From the NCBI GenBank assembly GCA_045047115.1, contig JASFYR010000018.1, forward strand, positions 1 to 46,619: DNA of 46,619 nt. The letters are read 5' to 3'. This document shows positions 31,594-42,400 of this stretch, in pieces. The notes below the pieces were generated by a model. The model did not search any database and had not been told where the DNA came from. It saw only the letters and a program-made list of their open reading frames with translations. How positions within the stretch are numbered: the stretch's first letter is position 1; each line of letters opens with the position of its first letter. The position numbers and the translations under genes are program-made. This DNA is from Sulfurospirillum sp. (GTDB taxonomy: Bacteria > Campylobacterota > Campylobacteria > Campylobacterales > Sulfurospirillaceae).

Positions 31594-32026
31594 AAAAGTA
31601 CTGGTGATGTGTACGGGAAACAGTTGTAGAAGCATCATAGGCGAGGCTTTGATAAATGCTTTTTTAGATGAGGTTAGTGCTTATAGTTGCGGTGTAAAAC
31701 CAAACGGAGTTGTAAATTCAAATGCAAAAAAAGTTCTTCAAAATCATAATATTTGGGATGATAGCTATCATCCCAAAAATTTTGATGAGGTATTACACAT
31801 AGATTTTGATTTAGTTGTAACAGTTTGCGACAATGCAAAAGAGACCTGCCCGATGTTTCCAAATGTAGCGAATAGCGGTTCCGAAGGAAACATTCCTCGA
31901 AAACCAGTAAAAAAGATACATATTGGTTTTGTTGATCCGGATGGAAAAGAGTATAGCGAGTTTGAAAAAACATACAAAGAGATAAAAAAAAGGCTTTTGC
32001 CAAGGGTAGAAGAGGCGCTGAATTGA
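31586..32026 (+). CDS. arsC: Thioredoxin-dependent arsenate reductase (LMW-PTPase fold)
   Basis: CTGNSCRS, TVCD, ETCP, DP motifs. Confidence 0.92.
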   Translation: MSKKVLVMCTGNSCRSIIGEALINAFLDEVSAYSCGVKPNGVVNSNAKKVLQNHNIWDDSYHPKNFDEVLHIDFDLVVTVCDNAKETCPMFPNVANSGSEGNIPRKPVKKIHIGFVDPDGKEYSEFEKTYKEIKKRLLPRVEEALN

Positions 32027-33273
32027 TACTTCCGGGCATAATATTTGCACTAACACTACTGTTTGTTATATGGCAACCAAGAGGTTTGCAGATAGGCACG
32101 ACTGCTGTTGCAGGGGCAGTTGTAGCACTTTTGGCGGGCGTGGTTGGTTTGGATGATGTAGAGATTGTCATCTCTATCGTATGGGATGCAACATTGGCAT
32201 TTATCGGTATCATCATACTCTCTTTGGTACTTGATGAGATAGGTTTTTTTGAGTGGAGTGCCATCAAAATGGCAAAACTGAGCCGAGGAGACGGAAGATG
32301 GATGTTTGTAAATATCCTGCTTTTGGGCGCATTAGTCTCTGCATTTTTTGCAAATGACGGAGCAGCACTCATACTCACACCAATAATGTTAGCAAAGATG
32401 AAGTACCTAAAGATGGATAAACTGGCTATCTTTGCTTTTTTGATGGCTGGTGGTTTCATAGGGGATAGTGCATCAAATCCGTTTATTATATCAAATCTGA
32501 CAAATATCCTCACCGCCGACTACTTTAATATAGGTTTTTTAGAGTATCTTAGAAATATGTTTTTGCCAAACTTGCTTTCAATTATAGCTTCCATAACGGT
32601 TTTGTTTATATACTTTAGAAAATCTATACCAAAAAAAGTCGATATAGATTTGCTTCCTGAGGCGTCATCAGTCATAAAAAATCAAACTATGTTTAAGCTT
32701 AGTTGGTATTTTTTAACACTTTTGATGGCAGGGTACTTCATCGGCGATATATATCTTGTGTCAGTTTCCATCTTCGCACTCGGTGGTGCTTTGATATTTT
32801 TGGCGATTGCCACCTATTTTAAAGCAGTAAAACCCATAGAGACCATCAAAACCGCTCCTTGGCAAGTTGTCTGGTTTAGTATAGGTCTATATGTTGTGGT
32901 TTATGGCTTGAAAAACGGGGGCTTAACGGATGATTTAAGCAGACTTCTTTTGAGTATAAAACCCTATGGTGAGCAGGTTTATATCATAGCAACTGGTTTC
33001 ATAAGTGCCTTTTTGAGTGCTGTCATGAACAATATGCCAACTATTATGATCATGGATATAGCCATAGATAAAACAGGAGATACCTTTCTTGCGTATGCAA
33101 ATATACTAGGTTGCAACTTAGGACCAAAGATGACTCCCATAGGCTCACTAGCAACACTTTTATGGTTGCATGTATTGGCAAAAAAGGGTGTGAAAATAGG
33201 TTGGGGGGAGTATATGAGGGTAGGAGTAGTTATTACCATACCCGTTCTCTTTATAGCTTTATTGGGTTTGTAA
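32023..33273 (+). CDS. arsB: Arsenite efflux pump ArsB
   Basis: VIWQPRGL, VWDAT, FANDGAALILTPI, SNLTNI, APWQVV, NNMPT, LGPKMTPIGSLATLLW. Confidence 0.95.
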   Translation: MILPGIIFALTLLFVIWQPRGLQIGTTAVAGAVVALLAGVVGLDDVEIVISIVWDATLAFIGIIILSLVLDEIGFFEWSAIKMAKLSRGDGRWMFVNILLLGALVSAFFANDGAALILTPIMLAKMKYLKMDKLAIFAFLMAGGFIGDSASNPFIISNLTNILTADYFNIGFLEYLRNMFLPNLLSIIASITVLFIYFRKSIPKKVDIDLLPEASSVIKNQTMFKLSWYFLTLLMAGYFIGDIYLVSVSIFALGGALIFLAIATYFKAVKPIETIKTAPWQVVWFSIGLYVVVYGLKNGGLTDDLSRLLLSIKPYGEQVYIIATGFISAFLSAVMNNMPTIMIMDIAIDKTGDTFLAYANILGCNLGPKMTPIGSLATLLWLHVLAKKGVKIGWGEYMRVGVVITIPVLFIALLGL

Positions 33274-33281
33274 TTAGAGGG

Positions 33282-34637
33282 CTAAATAGAAATATTATAC
33301 TTTTGCAGGATCTTTCTAAGTGTGCTTCTTGAGATTTGCAGGTGATTTGCAAGGTGGGTGATGTTGTCGCTCTTTTTTGTAAGTGCCATATAGAACTCTT
33401 TTTCTACCTCTTCGAGCATGCTTTTTGCATTTTCTATACCTCTTGATTCTAACATGTATGAAAAGATGTCATTTAGTGCTATCTCCTTTTTATTCTGTTT
33501 TTCAAATTTTATATTCTCTTCTTGAATTACATCTTCGCGAGCATTCAAGGCTGAGTTGTAAACTATGTTTTTTAGTTCCCGTATGTTTCCTTCGTAGTTT
33601 CTGTTTTTTAGAATCTCCAAGGCACTGCCGGATATGCCTTTTATATTTAGTTTCAGATCTTTATTTGCCTTTTTGATGAAAAAATCAACCAAAATAGGTA
33701 TATCTTTTGTTCTTTGTTTGAGTGTTGGAACCTCAATTTTAATCATAGAGAGTCTAAAGTATAAATCTTGTCTAAAACTCTCTTTTTCTATATTTTTATT
33801 TATGTTGATGTTTGTAGCAGATATTATCCTTCCTTTAAATTTTATGTCGCTGTTTCCGCCGACTCTTTTAAATGTTTTATTTTCTAAAAAACGAAGCAGT
33901 TTGCTCTGTAGTGTAATGTCAAGCTCACCTATTTCATCTAAAAACAGAGTACCCTCTCCAACTGTTTCGGCAAAGCCAATATGTTGTTTATTGGCATCTG
34001 TAAATGAGCCTTTTTCGTGTCCAAAAAGTTGGGATTCAAACAACTCTTTTGGTATGGAGGCACAATTTACAGCTAAAATCTGTGATTTTGAGTTTTTTGA
34101 GTTTTTATGTATGAGCCTGGCTATTAACTCTTTTCCTGTGCCTGTATCTCCCAAAATCATCACGGGCAAGTCATTGTTTGCCGCTATACCGATTTTGCTG
34201 TATATCTCTTTCATAGTCTCAAATGAACCGACAAACTCTTCATTTATCTGATCCATCACCTTTATATAGCTCTCTTTTTTCTCATCATACTTTTTTGCTA
34301 CATCTTTGAGTTCATCCGCCGTAAAAGGTTTTTGGAGTATATCTTTTATGCCTATTTTTGAAGCCTCTATCATGTTTGTGGGAGTCGTGTAGGCAGTCAT
34401 AAGAATCACAGGCAGATTTACACTGTTTTGCCTTAAAGTCTTTACTAGATCAATACCGGAAAAATCATCACTAAGCATGACATCTACTATCAAAAGGTTT
34501 ATCTCACCTTCTCGTATGCGTTTGACTATATCCACCTCAAGTCCACTAAAGAGCAGTGTTTCATACTTCGCTCTTTTTAAGATTTTTGAAACAGAGTATC
34601 TTATCTCATCCTGGTCATCTATAATCGCGATTTTCAT
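33282..34637 (-). CDS. Sigma-54-dependent (NtrC-family) response regulator, AioR/ArxR/ArrR-like by context
   Basis: Receiver IIDD..VDVML..QKP; GDTGTGKE, ESQLFGHEKGSFTDA, LFLDEIG, FRQDLYFRL, GNIREL; Fis-like HTH. Confidence 0.92.
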   Translation of the reverse strand: MKIAIIDDQDEIRYSVSKILKRAKYETLLFSGLEVDIVKRIREGEINLLIVDVMLSDDFSGIDLVKTLRQNSVNLPVILMTAYTTPTNMIEASKIGIKDILQKPFTADELKDVAKKYDEKKESYIKVMDQINEEFVGSFETMKEIYSKIGIAANNDLPVMILGDTGTGKELIARLIHKNSKNSKSQILAVNCASIPKELFESQLFGHEKGSFTDANKQHIGFAETVGEGTLFLDEIGELDITLQSKLLRFLENKTFKRVGGNSDIKFKGRIISATNININKNIEKESFRQDLYFRLSMIKIEVPTLKQRTKDIPILVDFFIKKANKDLKLNIKGISGSALEILKNRNYEGNIRELKNIVYNSALNAREDVIQEENIKFEKQNKKEIALNDIFSYMLESRGIENAKSMLEEVEKEFYMALTKKSDNITHLANHLQISRSTLRKILQKYNISI

Positions 34638-36304
34638 CACCTCTCCTCTAGTGGTAGGTTTATCAAAAATGTTGTCTCTTTTTTATCTGCTAAATTCATC
34701 TGCCCGCCTGAGAGATAAACTATCTTATAAATCGTAAAAAGACCGAGTCCGGAACCATTTGGTTTTGTAGTAAAAAATGGCTTAAAAATCTTTTTTCTAA
34801 GGGCTTTCGGTATGCCACTGCCACTGTCTTTGATTTTTAAAAGGCTCATATTGTTAGAGCTTTTACTCCAGTCTATATCTATCTCACCGCCATTTTTTAT
34901 GGCCTCTATGGAGTTGTTAATCAGGTTCATAAATATCATCTCAAATGAGCTATGGCTTATCTTGACTTTCAGATTCTCTTCTACTCTATATGTTAGAGTG
35001 ATGTTTTTCTCTTCCAGTTTTGGTTTTATAATCTCTATCAAATCTTCTAATGAGTTTTTGACATTAAGCACCGTTGCATCTCTTTTGTCTATAGGTTTTC
35101 CAAGTGACAAAAAGTCAACAACTTGAGCATCCATTCTGTTTAGTGTGTTGTTTATGATTTGTAAATCTTCCGCATCCAAATCCTCTCCGTCTTGCAGTAA
35201 AAGTTTTAAGGGTTGCAAAAGATTTTTTATCTCGTGTGCGAAGAGTGAGCTTATCTCCCCTAAAGTTTTTAAAGAGTGCAAAATCTTCTCATTCTCTTCC
35301 AGTTTTGAGAGTTGGGTTATATCTGAAAATGATATGACCAGATACTCATTTACCAACCTTATCTGATAGTACAAAGAGAGGTCTTCTCCTAAATCATTTG
35401 TGATTTTTTGTTTGCAAAATGTACAGGAGTTGTCTTGGTAGCATTTGATCAGCTCTTTTATGTAGGAGCTTTTAAATTTACCGTTTTTTAGTAAAAGCTT
35501 TCTCATTTGGTGCTCATTTTGGTACATTATATTTAGATTTTCATCGCAAATAACGATAAATATATCAACTGAAGCCAAAATCTGTTGATAGAATTTTTTG
35601 AGCTGCTCCTCTTTTTCAACAGAGTCCTTTATCTCTCTCATAAGGTATGTCGTAGTCTTAACCAGATCAGTAATCTCATCATTTTCAACGCTCTGTATCT
35701 CCTGTATATCGCCCCATCTTTTTTGAGAGATTGCTTTTGCATTTTCTCTTAGTATATTTAGTCTGTCAAGCAGGTTTTTCATAAAATATATAGCAAAAAG
35801 AAAGGAGAAGAGAGCGGCAAAAATCATAATCAAAAAATTTGTTGAAAAACTTTTTTCAAGCATATTTTTAATCGAGTTTTTTTCGATGTCCAGCGTAAAA
35901 TATCCAAGCAAAACCCCATCTTTTTTAAATGGTAAAATTGTATGCCTCTCTTTATCGTCCAAAATCGTTCCGATTCTGTGTTTTTTTGTGTCCGTATGTG
36001 CTAAAACGATAAAGTTTGTATCGACAATCCCGGCATCTTTGATAGTTCTGTTCTTGGAGAAGGATTTTAAAAACTTAAAAAGTGCCCAGTTGTCATTTGC
36101 CAAAATCGCACTTGTTAAAAAATCCTTGTTTGATTGGATGTTGCTGTCTATCATTTCGCTTATGATTTCATTTGTCTGTTTTTTGGATGTATCAATCGCA
36201 AGCATAACTATAACAGTTGAGAAAGTAGCAATGATGATGAAGATTAACACGGCTAGTTTGGTATATATGGATAGAGAGTGTAATTTTTGTATCAGTTTTC
36301 TCAT
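34637..36304 (-). CDS. Sensor histidine kinase, AioS/ArxS/ArrS-like by context
   Basis: Two TM helices, HAMP-like linker, FAHEIKNLL, DSGSGI, FKPFFTTK, GSGLGL. Confidence 0.9.
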   Translation of the reverse strand: MRKLIQKLHSLSIYTKLAVLIFIIIATFSTVIVMLAIDTSKKQTNEIISEMIDSNIQSNKDFLTSAILANDNWALFKFLKSFSKNRTIKDAGIVDTNFIVLAHTDTKKHRIGTILDDKERHTILPFKKDGVLLGYFTLDIEKNSIKNMLEKSFSTNFLIMIFAALFSFLFAIYFMKNLLDRLNILRENAKAISQKRWGDIQEIQSVENDEITDLVKTTTYLMREIKDSVEKEEQLKKFYQQILASVDIFIVICDENLNIMYQNEHQMRKLLLKNGKFKSSYIKELIKCYQDNSCTFCKQKITNDLGEDLSLYYQIRLVNEYLVISFSDITQLSKLEENEKILHSLKTLGEISSLFAHEIKNLLQPLKLLLQDGEDLDAEDLQIINNTLNRMDAQVVDFLSLGKPIDKRDATVLNVKNSLEDLIEIIKPKLEEKNITLTYRVEENLKVKISHSSFEMIFMNLINNSIEAIKNGGEIDIDWSKSSNNMSLLKIKDSGSGIPKALRKKIFKPFFTTKPNGSGLGLFTIYKIVYLSGGQMNLADKKETTFLINLPLEER

Positions 36305-37167
36305 TTTTTATCTTTGAGGAAATTTAACATAGTATATATCTTGTCATAAGTTTGATTTGTTGGTTTCTCAAATCTGTCTATATTTAGATGATTGAGTATC
36401 TCTTTGCCAATTTTCGTTTTGTACATATTTAAAAAAAGCTTTTGGAGTTTTTGAAACTCTTTTGGATTTAGGTTGGATCTTGCTACGATGGGAGAGATGG
36501 TGAAAGGGCCAAGTTTTTGCACAACTCTTAGTTTTTTTATATCTTTCGGGTGTTTATTTGCATATTGGGTAAGCACCAGACTATCCACACTTGCACCGTC
36601 AACAAAACCTTCAAGAACAGCATTTATAGACTCTCCATGGTCATATGTATATATAAGATGGTGAAAAAATTTTCCTATTTTATATCCATTCTTTTCTATG
36701 TTATAAGTAGGAGCGATTGAGCCTGATGTTGAGTCAGGATCGGTAAAGGCATAGATTTTTTCTTTAAAATCAAGAATATTCTTGTATTTTGTGTCTTTTA
36801 AGGCTATGACATCCGAGTAGTATTTGTCATTACCGTTTATGATGGGTATCGCCAGAAGTCTTGCATTTTGTTTGTCTTTTAGCAGTGTATATGTAGAACT
36901 ACAAACATATGCAATGTCAGATTTTGAGTCTTTTATATTTGATACAACCTCTGCATAAGTTCTTGCAAATTTTATATCTATTTTAAATTTTGAATTACTT
37001 TCTAGATATTTTTTCCACTGAAGATATGTTTTGAGATCCTCTTTTAAAGTGGTGCCTGTAAATGAAAAAGTAATATCTTGTGCGTTTAATGATGAAAAAA
37101 ATATAGAAACTAAGATTAAACTGGTAAAAATTTTACCGCCAATGGAAATTTTTTTATCATTTTCCAT
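36301..37167 (-). CDS. Periplasmic oxyanion-binding protein of PhnD fold, AioX/ArxX/ArrT-like
   Basis: Signal peptide; DIAYVCSSTY with the single Cys, YYS, AFTDPDSTSG, TYDHGESINAV, DGASVDS; coupled to kinase and regulator, no ABC permease nearby. Confidence 0.82.
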   Translation of the reverse strand: MENDKKISIGGKIFTSLILVSIFFSSLNAQDITFSFTGTTLKEDLKTYLQWKKYLESNSKFKIDIKFARTYAEVVSNIKDSKSDIAYVCSSTYTLLKDKQNARLLAIPIINGNDKYYSDVIALKDTKYKNILDFKEKIYAFTDPDSTSGSIAPTYNIEKNGYKIGKFFHHLIYTYDHGESINAVLEGFVDGASVDSLVLTQYANKHPKDIKKLRVVQKLGPFTISPIVARSNLNPKEFQKLQKLFLNMYKTKIGKEILNHLNIDRFEKPTNQTYDKIYTMLNFLKDKK

Positions 37168-37220
37168 AATATTTCCTCTTGAAAAATTTGCAAATCCCTA
37201 AATTTTGGGATTCTAAAAAG

Positions 37221-37236
37221 TTGGAACAGTAATTGC
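37221..37236 (+). promoter_or_regulatory. Sigma-54 (-24/-12) promoter of the molybdoenzyme operon
   Basis: TTGGAACAGTAATTGC: GG-N10-GC, matching the Campylobacter/Helicobacter RpoN consensus; divergent from an enhancer-binding protein operon. Confidence 0.85.
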
Positions 37237-37308
37237 GCCTATATGTATACAAAATCTGTGAGCGAATTATATACAGATATTTTGAAAAACAACTTTAAAG
37301 GAGTTGCT

Positions 37309-38265
37309 ATGAGCAAAGAAGAGCTTTCGAGAGTTGATGAAAAATTAACTTTGGAAACAGATGAATCTAGAAGAGGTTTTCTAGATAAGTTTTCAAAAGG
37401 TATCTTTGGGGGATTGATTGCAAGTGGTGTTGTAAATGCGCTTGCTCCTGTTCAAGCCAAAGCAAATATGGATGGCAGTAATTTAAATTTTTCTGAGCCG
37501 TTTAAACCTTTTGATTTACCACCTGAGCAACCGGGTGAAGATGGTATTCTTAGAATGATGAGAGACATACAAAGAGCACTAAAAAAACCAATAGAACAAA
37601 GACATTGGAAAATGGTGATTGATTTAAGAAAATGTGTCGGTTGTGATGCATGTTCAGTATCATGTGCTGCTGAGAACAAATTGCCGCCGGGAGTGATATA
37701 TAGACCTGTAATTCAACAAGAGATAGGAACATATCCAAATGTTGGACATGTAACACTTCCTCGCCCTTGTATGCAGTGTGATGAGCCTCCTTGTGTTCCT
37801 GTCTGTCCGGCTGAAGCTACATGGAAAAGACCGGATGGTATCGTAGTAGTTGATTATGATCAATGTATAGGTTGTAGATACTGCTTAAATGCCTGCCCTT
37901 ATGATGCAAGAACATTTGACTTTGGGCTGGAGTATATAGATGGCACAGCAGACGCACCAAAGGTATTTTTAGGAAAAGATAAAGCAGGAAAATACGAGAC
38001 TGAAGCCTCATTTGAGTACTCAAAAGAGTGGAAAAGAGAGGGAGAAAAATCTCCTATCGGAAATGCAAGAAAATGTCACTTCTGTATCCCTAGAATTGAA
38101 AAAGGTATGCTTCCTGAATGTGTGGTTACATGTATAGGCAGGGCTACATATTTTGGTGACGGTAGTGATCCGCAAAGTCTAGTGGCTGAGCTTATAGCTC
38201 TACCAAATGCTTTTAGACTAAAAGAAGAAGTAGGCACACACCCTAGTGTGTACTACATCAAGTAG
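37309..38265 (+). CDS. Tat-exported iron-sulfur subunit with four 4Fe-4S clusters (TtrB-like)
   Basis: SRRGFL Tat motif; [54 protein letters not shown] before ATG 37309. Confidence 0.9.
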   Translation: MSKEELSRVDEKLTLETDESRRGFLDKFSKGIFGGLIASGVVNALAPVQAKANMDGSNLNFSEPFKPFDLPPEQPGEDGILRMMRDIQRALKKPIEQRHWKMVIDLRKCVGCDACSVSCAAENKLPPGVIYRPVIQQEIGTYPNVGHVTLPRPCMQCDEPPCVPVCPAEATWKRPDGIVVVDYDQCIGCRYCLNACPYDARTFDFGLEYIDGTADAPKVFLGKDKAGKYETEASFEYSKEWKREGEKSPIGNARKCHFCIPRIEKGMLPECVVTCIGRATYFGDGSDPQSLVAELIALPNAFRLKEEVGTHPSVYYIK

Positions 38266-38274
38266 GAGGATGAA

Positions 38275-39444
38275 ATGACAAGAGAAAAGATGGGAAACAT
38301 CCTTGTTTGGATTTTGATAATTGGTTTTGGAGCATGGGGGCTTCCGGGCTTGATGGATAGATTTGCAAATGGTCATGTAAATACGGCCTATGGCTCATAT
38401 ATTCCTTGGGGACTCTGGATTTCAGCATATATCTGGTTGATTGGTTTGTCAGCTGGAGCTTTGATGATCTCTGTTATGACTTATGTGTTCAATGTTGAAG
38501 CTGTAAAAAAAGTGGGAAAAATGGCATTGTTGGTGGCGATTGCTACTCTGGTTGGAGCTATGATTTCCGTTGGATTAGACCTCGGTCATCCACTAAGAGC
38601 TTTCAGTTTGATATTTGACCCAAATCTAAGTTCTATGATGGGTTGGATGGCAGTATTGTACTCAGCCTATTTCATAACTCTTTGTGCGGAGTTGTTTTAT
38701 GCGATTAGAAAAGAGCAGGTACAAGGCGCAAGACAAAAGAGTATAAAGAGAATTTTAACTGTTTTGGGTATATGGAGTATCCCTTTGGCATTTGCATTCC
38801 ACGGAGGTGTTGGTGGAGTTTTTGCCAATGTTATAGCAAAACCATACTGGCACGGACCGATGACGCCCATTGTATTTTTAGCAGGTGCATTTTTGAGTGG
38901 AGGAGCACTGTTCGCCATAGTAGCTTATGTGTGGAGACCAAGCGAAAACAAAGATGAGTTTTTAAAGATGATGATTTTCCTTGGAAAAACAACTTTGGCA
39001 CTTTTGATTTTAGATGAGATTTTAGAACTATCAGAAGTATATGTAGGAACTTTTTACTCTCAGTTTGGAGAGGGACACCTTTGGCAGCAAGTTCTATTTG
39101 GTCAGTATTGGTACACATTTTGGATAGTTCATATCCTAATCGGTGTTTTGATACCATTATTTTTATTGACAGCAAAGTCAAAATCCCCGGGTGCGATCGC
39201 ACTGGCAGGACTTTTGATAGCAGGTAGTTTTTTGGCTGTAAGATTAAATATCGTGATTCCAGGTATGCTAGATCCTGAGTTAAAAGGTATAGCAGATGCA
39301 TGGGTGCATAGCAAACTAACATTCTCATACTTACCATCCATTATGGAGTGGCAGGTACTGTTTTTTATAGTAGCAGTTGTAATGGCGGTATTTATGATAG
39401 GAAAAAAAGTCTTACCAATATATCAAACAGAGGGAGAAGAGTAA
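38275..39444 (+). CDS. NrfD/PsrC/TtrC-family membrane anchor (quinol oxidoreductase subunit)
   Basis: PWGLWISAYIWLIGLSAG, LDLGHPLR, SSMMGW, RLNIVIPG; about 10 TM helices. Confidence 0.92.
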   Translation: MTREKMGNILVWILIIGFGAWGLPGLMDRFANGHVNTAYGSYIPWGLWISAYIWLIGLSAGALMISVMTYVFNVEAVKKVGKMALLVAIATLVGAMISVGLDLGHPLRAFSLIFDPNLSSMMGWMAVLYSAYFITLCAELFYAIRKEQVQGARQKSIKRILTVLGIWSIPLAFAFHGGVGGVFANVIAKPYWHGPMTPIVFLAGAFLSGGALFAIVAYVWRPSENKDEFLKMMIFLGKTTLALLILDEILELSEVYVGTFYSQFGEGHLWQQVLFGQYWYTFWIVHILIGVLIPLFLLTAKSKSPGAIALAGLLIAGSFLAVRLNIVIPGMLDPELKGIADAWVHSKLTFSYLPSIMEWQVLFFIVAVVMAVFMIGKKVLPIYQTEGEE

Positions 39445-42400
39445 TGAAAAACGAAATGATAAAAAATAAACCAATGGACAGAAGAGGCTTTTTAAAGACT
39501 TCAGCTCTGCTTGGTGGATCAGCAACATGTTTGAGTGCAGTTGAAAAGATAAACAGTGATGGTTTTGGCAGAAGTAAGATTGACTATCCTTTGAATGATG
39601 CCGAAAATGTGATCTATTCTGTATGTTTGCAGTGTCATACAGCATGTCCAATTAAAGTGAAGATTGAAGATGGAGTTGCTGTTAAGATAGATGGTAATCC
39701 ATACTCAATTCAAAATATGAACAGTCCAATTCCAACTTCAACAGATATTCAAGTCGGTGCAAAGATAGATGCCGGAATCTGTCCAAAAGGGCAAGCTGGA
39801 ATACAAACCATATATGATCCTTATCGTGTTGTAAAAGTATTAAAAAGAGATGGTAAAAGAGGTGAAAACAAATGGAAAGTTATACCATTTGATCAAGCAG
39901 TACAAGAGGTTGTTGAAGGAGGAAAGCTTTTTGCAAGTATTCCAGGCGAAGAAAATAGAGTAGTAGAAGGACTTCGTCAAGTAAGAGTGCTTACAGATGA
40001 AAAAATAGCAAAAGCTATGGCTGGGGATGCTATGAATGTTGGAAAAGGCAAAATGAGCTTAGCAGACTTCAAAACAAAATATGCTGCTCATTTGGATGTG
40101 CTGATAGATCCGGATCAGCCAGATCTTGGACCAAAAAATAATCAATTTCTAATGCTTGCAGGAAGAATGGAGCATGGCAGAAAAGAGTTGGCTAAAAGAT
40201 GGCAAAGAGGAGCCTATGGAAGCAATAACTTTATGGAACATACAACAGTATGTGAGCAATCCCACCATATAGCATATAAGCAGGTAACAAGCCAATATGT
40301 AGATGGTGGAAAATGGAAGATTGTTACAGAGCACATGAAGCCTGATTTTAGAAATGCAAGATTTGTAATCTTTTTTGGAACAGGTTTTGTTGAAGCAAAC
40401 TTTGGACCTCCGATAATGGCAAACCTTGTTACAAATGCAGTAACTAATGAAGGATGTAAAGTTGCCGTTGTAGATCCAAGATTTTCAAAAAGTGCAGCAA
40501 AGGCATGGCAATGGGTTCCCGTAAGACCTGGTGGTGACGCAGCTTTGATATATGGTATGATCAGATGGATGTTTGAAAATAACAAGATAAACAAAGAGTT
40601 TTTGGTAAATGCAAATAAAGCAGCTGCCAAAAAAGCAAAAGAGGAGAGTTGGACAAGTGCAACGCATTTGGTGGCGTATGACAAAGAGGGACCAGCTAAA
40701 AAACTAAGAGCCAGTGACTTGGGTATAGGTACAAGTGACCAATTTGTAATAACAATAGACGGAAAACCAGTTGCTGTAAATACAAATGACAAGTTAAATC
40801 CTGTTGTTGGAGATCTCTATTTCAAAGGCGAATTAAACGGCATCAAAGTTAAATCAGAATTGTACATGGTTAAAGAGTATGCAATGAATAAGTCCATGGA
40901 AGATTGGGCTAAAGAGGCAGGACTCAGTGTAAAAGAGATTGTAAAATTAGTTAGAGAATATACAAAATATGGCAGACAGGCCGGTGCAGAGATGTATAGA
41001 GGACCAGTTCAGCATACAAATGGATATTTTAATGGTATGGCAGTTATCTATCTAAATATGTTGGTTGGAAATATAGACTACAATGGAGGTCTTATCAAGG
41101 GCGGTGGGCACTACCATGAAGATGGAAGCAAAGGTGGACCATTTAACCTTAAGAAAGATCTGTTTGCCGGCAAGACCAAAGCTTTTGGACATAAAATAAC
41201 GAGAGAAGGTTCATACTATGAGAACAGTTCTTACTTCCAGAAAAATGGCTATCCCGCAAAAAGACCTTGGTTTCCTCATACAGGAAATGTTTATCAAGAA
41301 GCTATACCGTCTATGGATGATGCTTATCCATACGGTGTAAAAATTTTAATGACAATCATGGGCACACCATTGCTGTCAAACCCGGCAGCTCAAATGTCAA
41401 TGAAGACTATACTCAATCTTAAAAAAACACCTCTTTATATCGCAAATGATGTAGCAATTGGTGAGACAAGTATGTTTGCAGATTATATTTTTCCTGATTA
41501 TGCTATTTGGGAGAGATGGGGAACACCGCATGTTCCGCCATCAGCAGTTACCAAGATGTCTAAATTTAGACAGCCGACTATTGAGCCTTTAACAGATGTT
41601 GTTACTGTATTTGGTGAAAAACAGCATATAGGTTTTGAATCAATGCTTTTAGCTTTTGCCGAGAGACTAGGACTTCCTGGGTTTGGTGATGATGGTTTTG
41701 GTAAAAGAGTGCCCTTTAAAAGAGTGGAGGATTGGTATCTTAAGCTAGCAGCAAATATAGCTGCAGGTGATCACAAAGGTGATGATTTGCCCGAAGCTGA
41801 TGATAGAGAGATAGAGATATTTAAAAAAGCAAGAAGACATATGACTTCTGCTACATATGAATATGATAGATGGGAAAAAGCCTGTACGGATGCAGGTGGT
41901 AAAAGTTGGTTTAAAAAGACTATATATCTTCTAAATCGTGGTGTTAGAGGTGAAGATTATACAAATTACACCAAAAATGTAGAAAACAGTGATAAGATAC
42001 TGCATAAATTTGGAAAAATGTTTAATTTTTACTGTGAAAAGGTTGCAAATACAAGACACAGCTATACCGGGAAGAAGTTTAGTGGTATAAGTCAATACAA
42101 CCATGCTATAGACTATGCCGGTAAAGAGGTTGTAGGAAGTTCGGCATATCCTTTAAAATCTATAACCTACAAGCCAATAACCGGCGGTCAGGCCAGAACT
42201 CAGGCAGTTGACTATTGGTTGCAGGCAATCATGCCGGAAAACACTATAGATCTAAATACTCAAACTGCACTGGAGATGGGTTTTAAAGACGGTGATATGG
42301 CAAAGATTGTTTCGGCTGATAATCCTGAGGGTGTTTGGGATTTGGGACCATCTGGCAAGAAGCCTATGATTGGAAAAATCAGAACCGTTGAAGGTTTGAA

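Noticed and set aside
31674..32513. 279-aa antisense ORF over arsC/arsB, and similar shadow ORFs (33634-34251, 40214-40792, 20622-21089)
   Set aside because: They lie opposite well-supported genes, have no motifs and show typical antisense composition.
36301..37167. Phosphonate ABC transporter phnD
   Set aside because: No phnC/phnE nearby; the gene is coupled to a kinase and regulator.
39348..39443. N-terminal extensions of ORF-track calls (also at 37243, 6255, 8494, 18402, 19696, 21431, 28816)
   Set aside because: They overlap upstream genes or promoters; internal starts have SD sequences or stop-start coupling and give proper N-termini.
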